A DNA stretch of 64,000 nt, taken from the NCBI RefSeq assembly GCF_000142905.1, contig NW_013657658.1:372001-436000 (forward strand), written 5' to 3'. This DNA comes from Thecamonas trahens ATCC 50062 (taxonomy: Eukaryota; Protista; Apusomonadida). Every line of letters begins with the position of its first letter. Positions within the stretch are counted from its first letter, which is position 1. Shown here piece after piece: positions 1 through 12,300 of this stretch. Made by a program: the position numbers and the translations under genes. Below the pieces are notes generated by a model. It saw only the letters and a list, made by a program, of their open reading frames with translations. It did no database searches and was not told the origin of the DNA.

Positions 1-3000
1 AGCACGGGGCCGAAGTCCTTGTGCTGTTTGGCCTCGGCATCGCTGATGCGCCCGAGGCGCTCCTCCTCACCCTCTGCGCCATCCACAATTCGCGGCTGGC
101 CTCGCTCTCGGACCTGATTTCGGACGCAAGTGCGTCGAGTGTCTCTTCGCCTACGTCTGTGACCGAGGTCTCGATCAACTCGCCGTCGCTCGCCGTGTCA
201 CTCACTTTCAACTCGGCGCTGCTTGACGTGACCGCAGCGCTGCTGCCGCGGTTCCTGGCAGCGTTTCCGGCGTCGGCGCTGCTCCTCCGCGCCCTTTGGG
301 CAGCCGCGCCGCAGGTCATGGTCCACGGCATGGCCGCCATGTACGCGCGCTCGCCGGGCTCGCTCACCGTCATCCTCGACATTGTGCAGGACAACAAGGG
401 CATTGCCGTTCTCCTCGATCAGGCCGAGCCTGACTTTGCCTTTGCCCTCGACATTGCCGCCCTCGCCGCCCGGCGCGACTACCTCAACCTCGACAAGTGG
501 CTGCTGGACTCGATCTCGCGGCACGGGCCGGCCTTTATGGCGGCCTGCATCGCCTTTCTCCGCTCGCGCGCCTTTGGCGAGACGCCCGGCACCGAGCCCG
601 GGCCCGACGGCGCGCCGCCGGCGCCTGCGCTTGTGGCCCACACCCTTGGCGACACGAGCGCGCCGGAAAAGTCGGCGCGAGCCTCGCCCGATGCCCCGCT
701 CCCGCTTGTTCTTGCCACCGTCTCGTCGCTGTTCAAGACGCTCCAGGCCTCAGCCGCGCTCCTCCCGCCGGTCCTTGTCTCGGAGCTGCGTGTCCTCTAC
801 ACGGCGTGCGTGCAGGCGAACCCGGCGCTGCTGCAAATGACGCCCGACCCGGTCGAGTCGTTTTCGCGTGAGATTGAGGCCGAGGTCAACGCCACCTTTC
901 AGCGCATCTACAAGGGCCAACTCTCGATCGACGCCGTCGTTGCCATGCTGCAAAACTACAAGACGTCGGGCGTGACGCGCGAGCACGAGATCTTTGCCTG
1001 CATGATCCACTCGCTCTTTGACGAGTATCGCTTCTTCCCGCGCTACCCGGACAAGGAGCTGCAGACTACAGGCATTCTCTTTGGCGCCCTCATCCAGAAC
1101 AAGCTGGTCTCAAACATCCCGCTCGGCTACGCGCTCCGGTACGTTCTCGAAGCGCTGCGCAAGCCCGACGGGTCCAAGATGTTCTCGTTTGGCTACTGTG
1201 CCCTCACTCAGTTTACCGCCCGCCTCCACGAGTGGCCGCAGTACTGCTCGCGCATTCTCCAGATTGCTGACATTCAGGCCAACCACCCGCAGATTGTCAA
1301 CTTTATCTCGGAGATCCTTGCCAACTCGACACTGCCGGGCGCAGGATCGGACCTCGCGTCGGCAACGACCGACGCCTCGTTCTCGCTCCCGCCGGGCATG
1401 CCGCACCTCGGCGACTCGGGCGCCTCGCCCGACGACATCGAGTCGCTAGCGTCGGGCCTCGGCCCCGCGCCTGGGCCTGATGCGCTCGCCGGAGCTGGGT
1501 CCGGCGGCGCAGAGCCGCCAGCCACCCCCTCGTTGCCCAAAATGACCAACATTGACACCCTGCTCGCTGGCCAGGCCAAGGCCGCCGCCGAGGGCGCCGA
1601 GCTTGACCAAGAGTCCAAGGACAAGATCCGGTTCATTTTCAACAACCTCTCGCGGTCGATGCTCCGCGGCAAGGCGCGCGAGCTCGAGGCCTTTCTCGAG
1701 GCCAAGCACTACACGTACCTCTGCCAGTACCTGGTGGTCAAGCGGGCTTCGATCGAGCCCAACTTTCACGACCTCTACCTCTCGCTTCTCGACTTTCTGG
1801 ACCTCCCGCAGCTGACAGCTGCCATTCTGCAGTGCACCTTTGACAACATTGCCATTCTCCTCCAGTCGGAGCTTATCAAGACCTCGAGCTCAGAGCGGAG
1901 CCTGCTGAAGAACCTCGGCTCGTGGCTCGGCCAGCTGACGCTCGCCCGTAACCGCCCGATCCTGCACAGGAACCTTGCGCTCAAGGCTCTTGTCCTCGAC
2001 GCGTACTCGTCGGGCCGCCTCATTGCTGTTGTTCCGTTTGTGGCCAAGATCCTCAACGCCTCGGTCGACTCCAAGGTCTTCCGCCCGCCCAACCCGTGGC
2101 TCATGGGCATCATCCGCCTCCTGGTCGAGCTCTACCACGTCGAGGGCCTCAAGCTCAACCTCAAGTTCCAGGTCGAGGTCCTGTGCAAGAACCTCGGCCT
2201 GGACCTGGGCTCAATCCAGCCGGCGACGCTGCTGCGGCGGCATGTGCTCGAGCTGCAGGCGGCGGCGGCCGAGTCGGGCCGCGCCGTCGCACCGCCGCCG
2301 GTGGTCCAGCCTGCCGGCGGTGCGACCAGCCCCGAGGGCGGCGCGGCCGCTGACGACAGCGCCACCTACGAGGCGCTTGGCCCGGTGGCGCTGGCGGCGG
2401 CACAGGCCGCGTCGGGCACCGACGGTGCCGAGGCCATCATCCCCAACCTTGCGCAGTACGTCAAGGTCAACCGCGGCATCTTCCTCTTCCAGCAGCAGCC
2501 GCAGCTCAAGGGCTGCGTCCTCCTCGCCATCAACCGCGGCATCAAGGAGATGCTCGGTCCGGTAGTCAAGCGCTCGGTGACCATTGCGTGCATCTCGGCC
2601 CGCGAGATCCTGCTCAAGGACTTTGCCATGGAGCCCGAGGAGAGCAAGATGGTGACCGCGGCCCACAACATGGTGCGGTACCTCTCGGGCTCGCTGGCGC
2701 TGGTGACGTGCAAGGAGCCGCTGCGGGTCTCGATCTCCAACCACCTGCGGTCGCTGCTGCAGGCAAACTTGCCCGAGGCACAGCACTCGAACCTTGACAC
2801 GCTGGTGGCCCTGGTGGCGCAAGACAACCTCGACCTGGCGTGTCACGTGGTGGAGCAGGCTGCGACCGAAAAGTCGATTGCCGAGATCGACGTCTCGCTC
2901 GTGCCGGCCATTTCCGTCCGGCGCAAGCACCGCGAACGGACGGGTCAGCCATACTACGACACGTCGATCTTCAACGCGGGGCGGTACCCTAGCGCGCTGC

Positions 3001-5791
3001 CGGACCCGCTCCGGCCGCGGCCGGGCGGGCTGGCCGGCGACGCCTCGCGGGTGTACGCCGACTTTTCCAAGGCGCCGGCCGGCTCGTTTGCCGACTCGAT
3101 CATGGCTATGGCGTTGCCGGGCGATGCGAGCGGGAGCGAGCGCGGGACGCTCGGCGTCGGCGCCGACGACGGCGGGCTCGAGGCCGCCGACGACGAGTAC
3201 GCTGCCGAGCGCGAGCGGCTAGACTCGGCCGCGTGGGTGCCGTCGCCGCTGGACTCGCCGCGGGCGCTGATGGACAAGTTTGTGCAGTACGTGGAGGAAG
3301 TGGAGCGGCTGGTCAACGCGTGCGTGGCAGCGGAGATCACGAGCGCGGCGGCGGTGCCTGCCGAGCATCCTCTGAGTCACATCATGTCTCGGCTCCTGCT
3401 GTTCTTCCACTCGACCGAGGAGCTGGCGGTGCGGACTGAGCTGCTGTTTGGCGCGGCGCGGCGGCTGTACAACAAGCTGTGGGAGCCGTCATCGGCTGAG
3501 GCCGCCTCGCTGCACCTGGACATTTTCGTGGCGCAGCTCCAGTCGCTGGTCATGTCGTCAGGCGTCAAGTCGTCGAACGCGCTGGCGACGGAAATCACGC
3601 GACTGCTGCTCTCGATGGAGGTCCGGCAACCGTTGTACGATACTGTGGCGAAACGCTGATTGTGGCGCGGCTGCTGGCGTTCAAGGAGCTCGATGCGCAC
3701 CTCGCGCAGCAGCTGCACAAGGCGGCGAACCCGCCGCCGGGAACGTCGATTCCGCTGGCGAACGTGCTCGAGTCTGTGGTCCGGCTTCTCCACCGCTTTG
3801 CGCTCGACGAGCCGGTCATGTTCCGGGCCGACTTTCCGACGACCATCAAGGCGCTGGTGTACATCACGAGCCTTGCGCCGGGCCAGTTTGGCAACATTGA
3901 GGGCGCCTTTGCGCTCTTTGACGTGGCCAACGGTGGAACGGGAGGAGCGCCAGGCCTGGCGGCGTCGACGCGGCTGCCGGCGCATCTCTCGTCGATGTCG
4001 GGCGTGCTTGTGGTCAACTCGTTTGCGTCGAGCTCTGCCGACCACAACGATCCGCCTGACGCGCGCGAGCGTGTGGCGTACGTGCTCGAGGAGTGGGCAC
4101 GGCTCTCGTCGGACGCTGGTCTTGTGGGGACGGGCGCCGAGGTGGCGTGCATCATTGCCGGCCCGCTGGGGGTGGGCGAGACGCTGCACTCGCCAGACGG
4201 CGGCGAGACGCCTGCGCAGAACGCGCTGGACACCATCTTTGCGCGATACGTCCACTACCTGCAGGTGCAGAAGCTGATGGACGACGACGGCGTGGCGCCG
4301 CTCTTCTTCCGAATCGCCACCGAGATGGCGGTGGAGGCGTGGCTGGTCAAGGAGGCCGAAGGCGAGGTGGCGTGCGATGGCGTGGACGCGCTCTCGAACC
4401 TCATTCTCGGCCTCGTCAAGTGGTTCAACCGGGTGGACGGTCCGCCGCCGGCCAACTCGCCGTCCAAGGTTAATTTGCTCCGGCAAGTCCTCGCTATGGT
4501 GGTCAAGGTCCTTCTCTACGACTACGAGCGGCAGCCGATGGCGTTTAACCAAAAGCCGTACTTCCGGCTCCTCACGAACCTGCTCAACGACCTGACGACC
4601 AAATCACCGCTGCTGGACATGCTCTCGTTCCCGATTCTGTCGACCTTTTCGTCGGCGTTCCTCCAGCTGCGGCCGGAGCGAGTTCCGGGCTTTGCCTTTG
4701 CGTGGCTCGGCCTCATTTCGCACCGGTGCTTCATGCCCAAGCTCCTGTTGGCCAAGAAGGGGCTCCAGCTCCAGGGCTGGCATGTGTACCAGCACCTTGT
4801 GGTTGCCCTCCTCCGGTTCCTCAACCCGCTGCTCCGCGTAGAGGCGGGCAGCGGCGACGAGGCCGGCGACGACGGAGACGGCGGCGACAACGACGACCCG
4901 AGTGCCAGCTTTGCGCCGGCGGTCCAGCTGCTGTACCGTGGGACGCTGCGGCTGCTGCTGGTCCTCCTGCACGACTTTCCCGAGTTCCTCTGCCAGTACC
5001 ACTTTTCGTTCTGCGACGGCATTCCGCCGTCGTGCGTGCAGATGCGCAACCTGCTGCTCTCGGCCTACCCGCGCAGCGTGCGGTTGCCGGATCCGTTTGC
5101 GCCGAACCTCAAGGTGGAGCACCTGCCTGCGCCGCGGGTCCTCTCGCAGTTCCGGGTCATTCTCACGTCGGGCGGGCTCGGCGTCGAGCTCGACAACTAC
5201 CTCCACGAGCGGTCGCCGGCGTCGTTCCTCGGCTCACTCCCGTCCAAGCTCCTGCTGCCGACCAACGACATCGACGACACGCCGTACGACGTGCGGCTGC
5301 TCAACGCGCTCGTCCTCCATCTGGGCATCTTTGCCACGTCGGCGCTGCCTGCTGGGGCGGCGATGACGACCAACATCATTGCGCGGTCGCCGTCGATGGA
5401 CGTCTTTGCCTCGCTCGCGGCAAACCTCGATCCCGAGGGCCGGTACCATCTGTTCAACGCCATTGCCAACCAGCTGCGGTACCCCAACTCGCACACGCAC
5501 TACTTTTCGTGCGTCCTTCTCCACCTCTTTGCCGAGGCGAGCTCGGACCAGATCCGCGAGCAAATCACTCGGGTCCTCCTCGAGCGGCTCATTGTCTCGC
5601 GTCCGCACCCGTGGGGCCTCCTGGTCACCTTTAAGAAGCTGGTCAAGAACGCGAGCTACGACTTTTGGTCGTTTGGCTTTACCTCGTGCGACGCCAAGGT
5701 CGAGCAGCTGCTCGAGTCAGTCGCGCGCTCGTGCCGGGCATCAGCGCCCGGTGCCGAGATGGCGGGCGCCGACGGCGCGCCTGCTCAGTAG
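1..5791 (+). CDS. CNOT1: CCR4-NOT transcription complex subunit 1 (Not1), 5'-partial, one -1 frameshift at ~3651-3653
   Basis: ORFs 21..3659 and 3662..5791 carry Not1 motifs: LFDEYRFFPRYPDKEL, KRASIEPNFHDLY, LLKNLGSWLG, FRPPNPW, LLKDFAMEPEE, VTCKEPLR, LLHDFPEFLC, NAIANQLRYPNSHTHYFS, ITRVLLERLIVSRPHPWGLL. The frame is open back to position 3. One extra A in GCG-AAA-CG gives VAKTLIVARLL and ~1929 aa within the window. Confidence 0.96.
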
Positions 5792-5818
5792 TAAAAACCT
5801 ACATCTCCCTTGTTGCGC

Positions 5819-7288
5819 TCACCGCCATGCCGCGCGCTTGCGCCGCCGCACGCTCGCAGCGCCGGGCCGGCGCTGTGGCACGCCCGTGTGCGGAATGGCG
5901 TCTATCGGCGCCGGAATGACCAGCGTTGGCGCCGGAGGAGATGGAGGTGCGGGAAGCCGCGGGCACTCGCTCGCGTCGACAGAGGCCGAGTCCGAGGCCG
6001 AGAGAAGCGCATCGAGGGCGCCTGACGAGAGATCCGAGAGCGAGTCGTTTTGGGGCAGTGGTGACGGAGCCAGGGCCGGGCGCGGCGAAGGCGGCGGAGA
6101 CGGCGAGAGGGCGACACGGGCGATGCGAGCAGTGCCGGGCAGTGAGTCGTCCCTCGGGAGCGGCGGGGCTGGGCGTGGGCGGGCGGTGATCGACGACCGG
6201 CGCGGGAGGCGCGGCAGCGGGCCGGCCGGCGTCGACGAGACCGAGCGAAGAAGGTGGCGGAGCGAGTCCGAGGTGATGTGCGAGGCACCACGGGAGCGCG
6301 GCTTGCGGCGGCGACGGCGGCGGCGGCGCGAGCTGGATGCCGAGACCGACACCGAGTCTGACCTTCCGTCGACGAGCAAGTCCGACGGGAGCGCGGCGGT
6401 GGTGGCGAGGAGAAGCAGGCGGGTACGGTCGAGCGCCGCAACAATGGCGGCAACCGCGGGTGTGTCGTCGACGTCGCCGGCGGGAAACTGGGTGAGATGA
6501 GCAAAGGTCCGCCAGAGTGCAGCAGCGTGTGGGAGCGGATCGCCGCCACCGGAAGCAGCCCAAGCGAGCAGTTCGGTGCCTGCGTCGGCGTAGAGATACA
6601 GCGCAATGTCGTCCCACGGCAGGAGCGGGTATGAGGTGGCAGCGAGTGCGATCGACTCGGCCACTGCAAGCGTCCACGGTGTCGCCGGCATACCATCAGG
6701 CAGGACAGCCAGCGGCGCGGCAGCACAGAGGGCCTCAGTAGCAACATCCAGCGCCTCGACAGTCAGCCCGTCAAGAGGAGTGACGCCGCCGGCTTGGAGG
6801 GCAGCAACAAGGTCCGGAAAGGTGACCACGGCGCGCGGAGCAAGGCGAGTCAGTGCCGCCAGCGCCTCGGCCAGATCCGAGCCTGACGGAGCAGCAGCCG
6901 TGGCTAGAGCAGCCACCAGCAGCAGCTGATCAAACAGCAGCGCGAGCGGCGGAGCGACAGAGGCCAGAGCCGCAAAGAGCGGCCAGGCGTGGCGGGCGAG
7001 GTCGGGATCTTCGACGTGTTGGGCAAAGGGCAGATCCGCGAGGCCCTGTGCAAGACAAGCAGCAGCCGCAAGCAGATCATGCGGAGAAAGAGTGGTGGCC
7101 AGTGCCGCCGTGGCAGCAGCATCCGACGATGAGGTGCATGACGGTGGCGGGAGAGCTAGGTCGACGACATGGTGCGGCGCGAGCTGTCCCTCGCCAGCAG
7201 CAGCCAGCACAGGCGCTAGAGCAGAGAGGGTGGAGCAAGAGAGTCCAGTGGTGGCGGCGAGAGTGGCAGAGAGGCGAATATGGTGCAT
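5819..7288 (-). CDS. Hypothetical Ala/Leu-rich helical protein with basic, Pro/Ser-rich disordered C-terminus
   Basis: 489-aa ATG-initiated ORF filling the gap between CNOT1 and the divergent TRM8 promoter. No family recognised. The true stop may be at 5799 if there is another -1 shift near the end. Confidence 0.65.
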   Translation of the reverse strand: MHHIRLSATLAATTGLSCSTLSALAPVLAAAGEGQLAPHHVVDLALPPPSCTSSSDAAATAALATTLSPHDLLAAAACLAQGLADLPFAQHVEDPDLARHAWPLFAALASVAPPLALLFDQLLLVAALATAAAPSGSDLAEALAALTRLAPRAVVTFPDLVAALQAGGVTPLDGLTVEALDVATEALCAAAPLAVLPDGMPATPWTLAVAESIALAATSYPLLPWDDIALYLYADAGTELLAWAASGGGDPLPHAAALWRTFAHLTQFPAGDVDDTPAVAAIVAALDRTRLLLLATTAALPSDLLVDGRSDSVSVSASSSRRRRRRRRKPRSRGASHITSDSLRHLLRSVSSTPAGPLPRLPRRSSITARPRPAPPLPRDDSLPGTARIARVALSPSPPPSPRPALAPSPLPQNDSLSDLSSGALDALLSASDSASVDASECPRLPAPPSPPAPTLVIPAPIDAIPHTGVPQRRPGAASVRRRKRAAWR

Positions 7289-7294
7289 GAGGTG

Positions 7295-7536
7295 AGGAGG
7301 GGGGGGGAGGGGGGGGGAGGGGGGGGGGGGGAGGAGGGAGGTGATAGTGGCACAACAGTGGGAGGGGGGAGGGGCAGGGGCAGGGGCAGGGGCAGGGGCA
7401 GGGGCAGGGGCAGGCCTCTCCCACCCTCACCACACACACCCCACTCCCATACACACACACACCCCACTCCCATACACACACACACGCACACACACACACA
7501 CACACACACGCACCACTCCCAGACCCAGACCCAGAA
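7295..7536. promoter_or_regulatory. Divergent promoter region: G-runs, (GGGGCA)7 at 7371-7412, then CA microsatellite/C-rich tract
   Basis: Lies between divergent ATGs at 7288(-) and 7539(+). The plus strand switches from G-rich to C/A-rich at ~7413. Confidence 0.65.
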
Positions 7537-7538
7537 CC

Positions 7539-8720
7539 ATGTCCACTGCCCCCATGGACGACGGGGCTGCCTCCTCCGCCACCACCACCGCCACCACCGG
7601 CACCACCGCCACAGCCACGGCCACCACACACATGGTGGTTGCCCCCCCGCAGAAGAGGGACTACCGTCAGCGGGCACACTCTAACCCGTTCTCTGTCCAC
7701 ACCATGAAGTAGTACGTCCTGTATGGGGAGAAGGAGGAGGGGGGAAGGGGGGGGAGGGGGGAGGGGGGAGGGGAGGGGGTGGGATGGTCTCCGCCCTCTG
7801 TCGTCCTGGGCGCTGGGAGGGGGCTGGAGGGGGCTGGAAGGGGGCTGGAGGGGGCTGGAGGGGGCTGGAGGGGACTGGGACTGGAGGGGGGAGGGGGGCA
7901 TGACTTACTGTTGTGATGGATTTGTTGGTGGTGGTCTGGTCTGGGCTGGGCTGGGCTGGACATGGCGTGGTGCTGGGGGGGGGGGGCGATGGCGGGTTTG
8001 GCGCGGCTACTCTGCGCTATACTGGGCAATGGACTCTCCTGGTCGACGCCATACTTGCATGCTCCTGCGGCTTGTTCTCTTGCAGTCCGGTCAAGCCGGA
8101 CTTGTACCCGTGGCATGAGGTGTACCCGGCGTTTGTCAAGCCCGAGATGAGCTACGCAGAGATGCCCAAGGTCGAGATCGCTGACATTGGCTGTGGATTC
8201 GGTGGTCTCCTCATGGCCCTCTCGCCACTCTTCCCTGACACCCTCATCATGGGCATGGAAATCCGCCTCAAGGTCTCGGCCTACGTCCACGAGCGCATCG
8301 TCGCCGCCCGTGCCAACGGCAACGGCTGCCAGAACCTTGCAGTTACTCGGACCAACTCGATGAAGCACCTCGTCAACTTTTCTCAAAGGGCCAGCTCTCC
8401 AAGATGTTCTTCCTCTTCCCGGACCCCACTTTAAGGCCAAGAACCACCGCCGCCGCATCATCTCCCAGGCCCTCCTCGCCGAGTACGCATACACCCTCAG
8501 GGTCGGCGGTATGCTCTACACCGTCACCGACGTCCTTGACCTCCATCAGTGGATGGTCGAGCACCTCGACGCCCATCCGCTCTTTGAGCGCATCCCGGAC
8601 GCCGACGTCGCCGACGACCCGTGCCTCGTTGCCGCAATGACCAAGACTGAGGAGGGCATCAAGGTGGCCCGCAACAGCGGCGACAAGTACCCCGCCGTCT
8701 ACCGCCGCATCGACGCGTAG
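7539..8720 (+). CDS. TRM8: tRNA (guanine-N7)-methyltransferase catalytic subunit; exons 7539-7711 and 8086-8720; two -1 shifts (~8378-8387, 8424-8427)
   Basis: Exon 1 has PQKRDYRQRAHSNPFS. Exon 2 has EIADIGCGFGGLL, GMEIR, KMFFLFPDP[H]FKAKNHRRRIIS, LYTVTDV, TEEGIKVARN. Splicing GTACGT..TTGCAG restores MKYPVKP. About 269 aa after correction. Confidence 0.95.
7712..8085 (+). other. Spliceosomal GT-AG intron in TRM8 (374 bp), G-run rich
   Basis: Donor GTACGT and acceptor TTCTCTTGCAG. Removal restores the conserved frame. Contains (GGGGGCTGGA)n at ~7819-7890. Confidence 0.88.
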
Positions 8721-9370
8721 CCATTCCGCATCAACGTCCGTGAAAGTCTCCCCCTACCACTCCATAGTGTCGATTTGTCAGTCAGCTGCGGTTTGAGGGA
8801 CGTGATCTTCCCCATATACCCGCCACAGTCGTGGAGGAACAACGGCGAGAAAACAAAGATCACAACTTTGTTTCATGCCGGCTGTGCGTCGCCACTTTTA
8901 CAACATCACGATCTGTCAATCCTCATCTCAGGTCATTGCAGCCGTATATGTGTACAGTACACATGTATATCTATATATACTACGTGTGTGTCACATATCA
9001 CTTTGAATACAACAAGATGCCTTCTTCCCTTCCCCTCCCACACGGACCGCTCACACCACTCAAGAGCACAGCTTAAATCACCCCTCAGAGTACCTGGACT
9101 AGGGACGAACGAGCGCCTCCCCCCCTTTCTCCCCACTCCCCCATCTCACTCATCTACTACACTCCTTTTACTTGTACCTGCCTCTGATATTGACATCCAC
9201 CACGACGTATCGGACACGTTAGCCGCGCCTGCCCTGGCCCCCCCATCCCCCATCTCACCCTCTCACCGATCGATCAGACGGGAGATTGCTCAGACGGCGA
9301 TCGATCAAACAGCCGAGACAAGGCGGGCAAGACACGGGCCCACCCCACGTCACGACGTCGAGGCGGCAGG

Positions 9371-12300
9371 ATGGACTCTACGCAGAGGTTCCCTGCAGCA
9401 TTGGCGAGAAGGAGACGGGTGCATGGCGAGGGTATGCCTGGGCCGTCGCTTGCTGACCAGGTCATGTCCATGTACAGCCACTCGTCCGGAAGGCACCTGG
9501 CCGACGCCGACCTGGTGGCTTCGCTCTCGGCCACCCTCGCTGCTGGGGCGGATGTCTCGCATTTGGAGCTCGGGGCTGGGTCGGGCAGTGGAGGAGGGCG
9601 CGGAAAAGGTGGCAAAGCCAATAGAGGCGGAAGTGTTGGCAATGGCCTGCCGGCGTCGAAAATCCCAAAGTCGGACTACGTGGTGACCTCGTCGCCTCTG
9701 CCGGGCAAGGGCCCGGACTCGGTGTACTCGGCTGCCGATGGGCTCTGGCACACCACTGTCTTCCCCAGAGCTGTTCCGTCGTCGCGGCGGGATGTTGACT
9801 TGCTCAACGAGTGGATCGAAGCAAAGACGTCACAGCTCGCTGCAGAGGCCGACGACCCACTCAAGCTCATCGCGGCCACCAACTCGATCTACTCCATCGC
9901 CATCCACGAAGTCACCCGCCAGGTCACCGTCCAGTGCGCGCCGCGTGGCAAGCTCCTCACCAAGCTCTTTCGCAAGTATGTGGCTCTCTTTCAGCGTATT
10001 CTCAAGCTTGTCCAGCGCGACAAGTCCGGTGAGGACGTGGAGGCCCAACGGGCACTCACCGACCAGCTGCAGACCCAGCGGATCAAGTACAACGACATCA
10101 TCGACGCACTTCGTCTCGAGTTTGACCACGCTGTTCGCGACGTCCTCGCTCAGAAGAAGGAGCTCGAGTCGCAGAACGCAACACTGACCGGGAAGCTGCA
10201 GCACGCCGAGCAGCGGATCGAGCGCTTCTCCATCGGCCGCGTTGCCGCAGAGGCTAAGATCGAGGAGCTGACGGACCAATGCGCCCAGCAGTCGCGGGCG
10301 CTTGACCGTCTGCTCGCTGAGAATAGGCAGCTCCGCCGCTCGGCGGCCGCCAGCGAAGCGGCCGCCGTTGCCGCCGTTGCCTCTGCGCCGGGCGCATTGG
10401 ATCGCGCCTACTCGTTTGGCACCCAGACGCCGTCCGCGTGGTGGACAACCTCGCTCGGCGAGCTCTCTGCGGCCCTTAGCGGAAAGTCGAAGTCGACGAC
10501 TGCCACTCGCGCCGCAGCAGAGATTGAGAACATTGTTGCTGCCCGCGTTGCCACCGAGCTCGATCGAAGGCGCCATGACGCCGACGCCCACCTCGCCGAC
10601 CGAGCGACCCAGACCGACGGCAGCTTATTCGCCGTTGCCGAGTCTGCCAGACAGGCTGCTGCCAGGAGCGCAGTTGCAGCCAGCGTTCAGACCGAGCCGG
10701 TCGCCTTCCGCGAGTCGTACGACTCGGACGAGAGCGAGTTTGACTCAACTGTGCCTATGGTTGGCCTCCGCGAGTTCTACCACGAGCTCAATGCCGATAC
10801 ATTGCTCAATCCCACAGTTTGGGCCGTCATCGAGGAACGGACCAACCGCGAGCTCGAGACCCGTGCTGCGCCGCAGCATGCTCCGCCGCAGCACTGGAGC
10901 GGCGCTGTCGCAGAGGTCTCGATCGAGGTGCCGACTGCGGTGGTCGCCACTGAGGCGGCTGCTGCTGCATGCAGCGCCAGCGAGTCGGCGTCGGCCATAT
11001 CGGCAGATGGGAGCACTAAGTCGGGATCAGGCTCCGAGTCTGCAGCAGAATTGCGAACTGGTTCGGCATCCGACTCGTCGTCTGCATCGTCGGCATCGTC
11101 GGCATCGTCAACAGCATCGTCGGCAGCATCGTCGGCAGCATCGTCCTCGCTGGACATGACCGAGTTCAAGGCCAAGCTAGCCTCGGCATCGTCGGCAGCG
11201 ATTGCTGCGGTTGGCGTCAAGGTGAGTGATAGCGAGGTGTCCCCGGCTGCGTCACCGACGACAGTATCTGCGGCAGCTGGGCCGGCTCCGCCGCCGCCGC
11301 TCCCGCACCTGCCGTCTTTCTGGGCCCAGCCCGATTCTGCGGTCAAGGACATCGACACCACGCTGGCAGCGATTGTCGAGCCGACGCATGTGCCACTGGT
11401 GGCCGGCTCGGTGCCCGGCGTGGACGTGCCGCTCTCGCCGTCGTCGCCGCTGGCCCCGTCGCCGACATCGCTGCCGGTGCGGCCGCCTAGCGGTCTGGGA
11501 GTGGTGAGCAGCGGGGGCTCAGAGGCGGCCAAGGTGCTCAACCGAGCGCGCGACATTCTCATGTCGGTCCTCACAGTGGCCGACGACCCGCTGCTGCAGT
11601 CGATGGCGACTTCGGACATGACCTCGCTCGACAAGTTTGAGCGAGTCCTCAACCGGATGGCCGTTCGGCTAGAGGCCATCACCAATGAGCACAAGGCGTT
11701 CCGGACCATGCAGGAGCTGCTGTTGCAGCGGGCGAGTGGCGCTGGCTCGAAACAAGGCATTCCGATGGCCCAGCGGGCACCAATGCTGAGCGAGACGCGG
11801 CGTACGTCGTCGTCCGACAAGTTGCGGTCGGCTGCCAACTCTATCATTGCTGCCAACCGGCTCCGCGCGTTCTCGACCCAGGGTGCAGAGCGACGCTCAC
11901 AGCGTTCGCGCTCGCACTCGTTTTCTCAGTTTATGCCCTCGGCCTCGTCGCGTCGAATTTTCGACAAGCCTGCAGCGGCGCTGGAAGGCATGCCGGCCAT
12001 GGACGAGGTTGCTGAGGCAAGTCTGAAAGAGAGAAGCGGGAGCAAGAGCGAGAGCGGGAGCGGAAGCATGAGCGGAAGCGAGAGTGCAAGCAAGTGCGGA
12101 AGTGAGACCGGGGACGACGATGACATGGAAACGTCTGATACGGAGTCGGCTGTGGCCAGAGATGATGAGGCGTTGATGCAAAGCTTGCCGTCGGCGTCGT
12201 CGACGCTGCTCTCCGAGTCGGGAAGCCTCAACCGGTCATTCTCGATTGCCGGAGCCATGACGCCGTCGGAGCAGATTGTGCGGAATCAGCTGTCAAAGGC

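Noticed and set aside
3640-3665. Euplotes-type AAA-stop +1 frameshift or micro-intron at the CNOT1 break
   Set aside because: The shift needed is -1, the stop is not adjacent to AAA, there is no fitting GT-AG pair, and the other seven sites share no motif.
7371-7412. (GGGGCA)7 as interstitial telomere or CRISPR repeat
   Set aside because: Not a recognised telomere unit, no spacers, and it sits within a promoter low-complexity tract.
7709-7712. In-frame TAG in TRM8 suggesting readthrough or code reassignment
   Set aside because: The TAG spans the exon/intron boundary (TA|GTACGT); splicing gives TAT (Tyr).
8775-9370. ORF 8775..9686 and small ORFs in this gap
   Set aside because: Non-ATG start, atypical composition and out-of-frame overlap with the 9371 gene; treated as intergenic.
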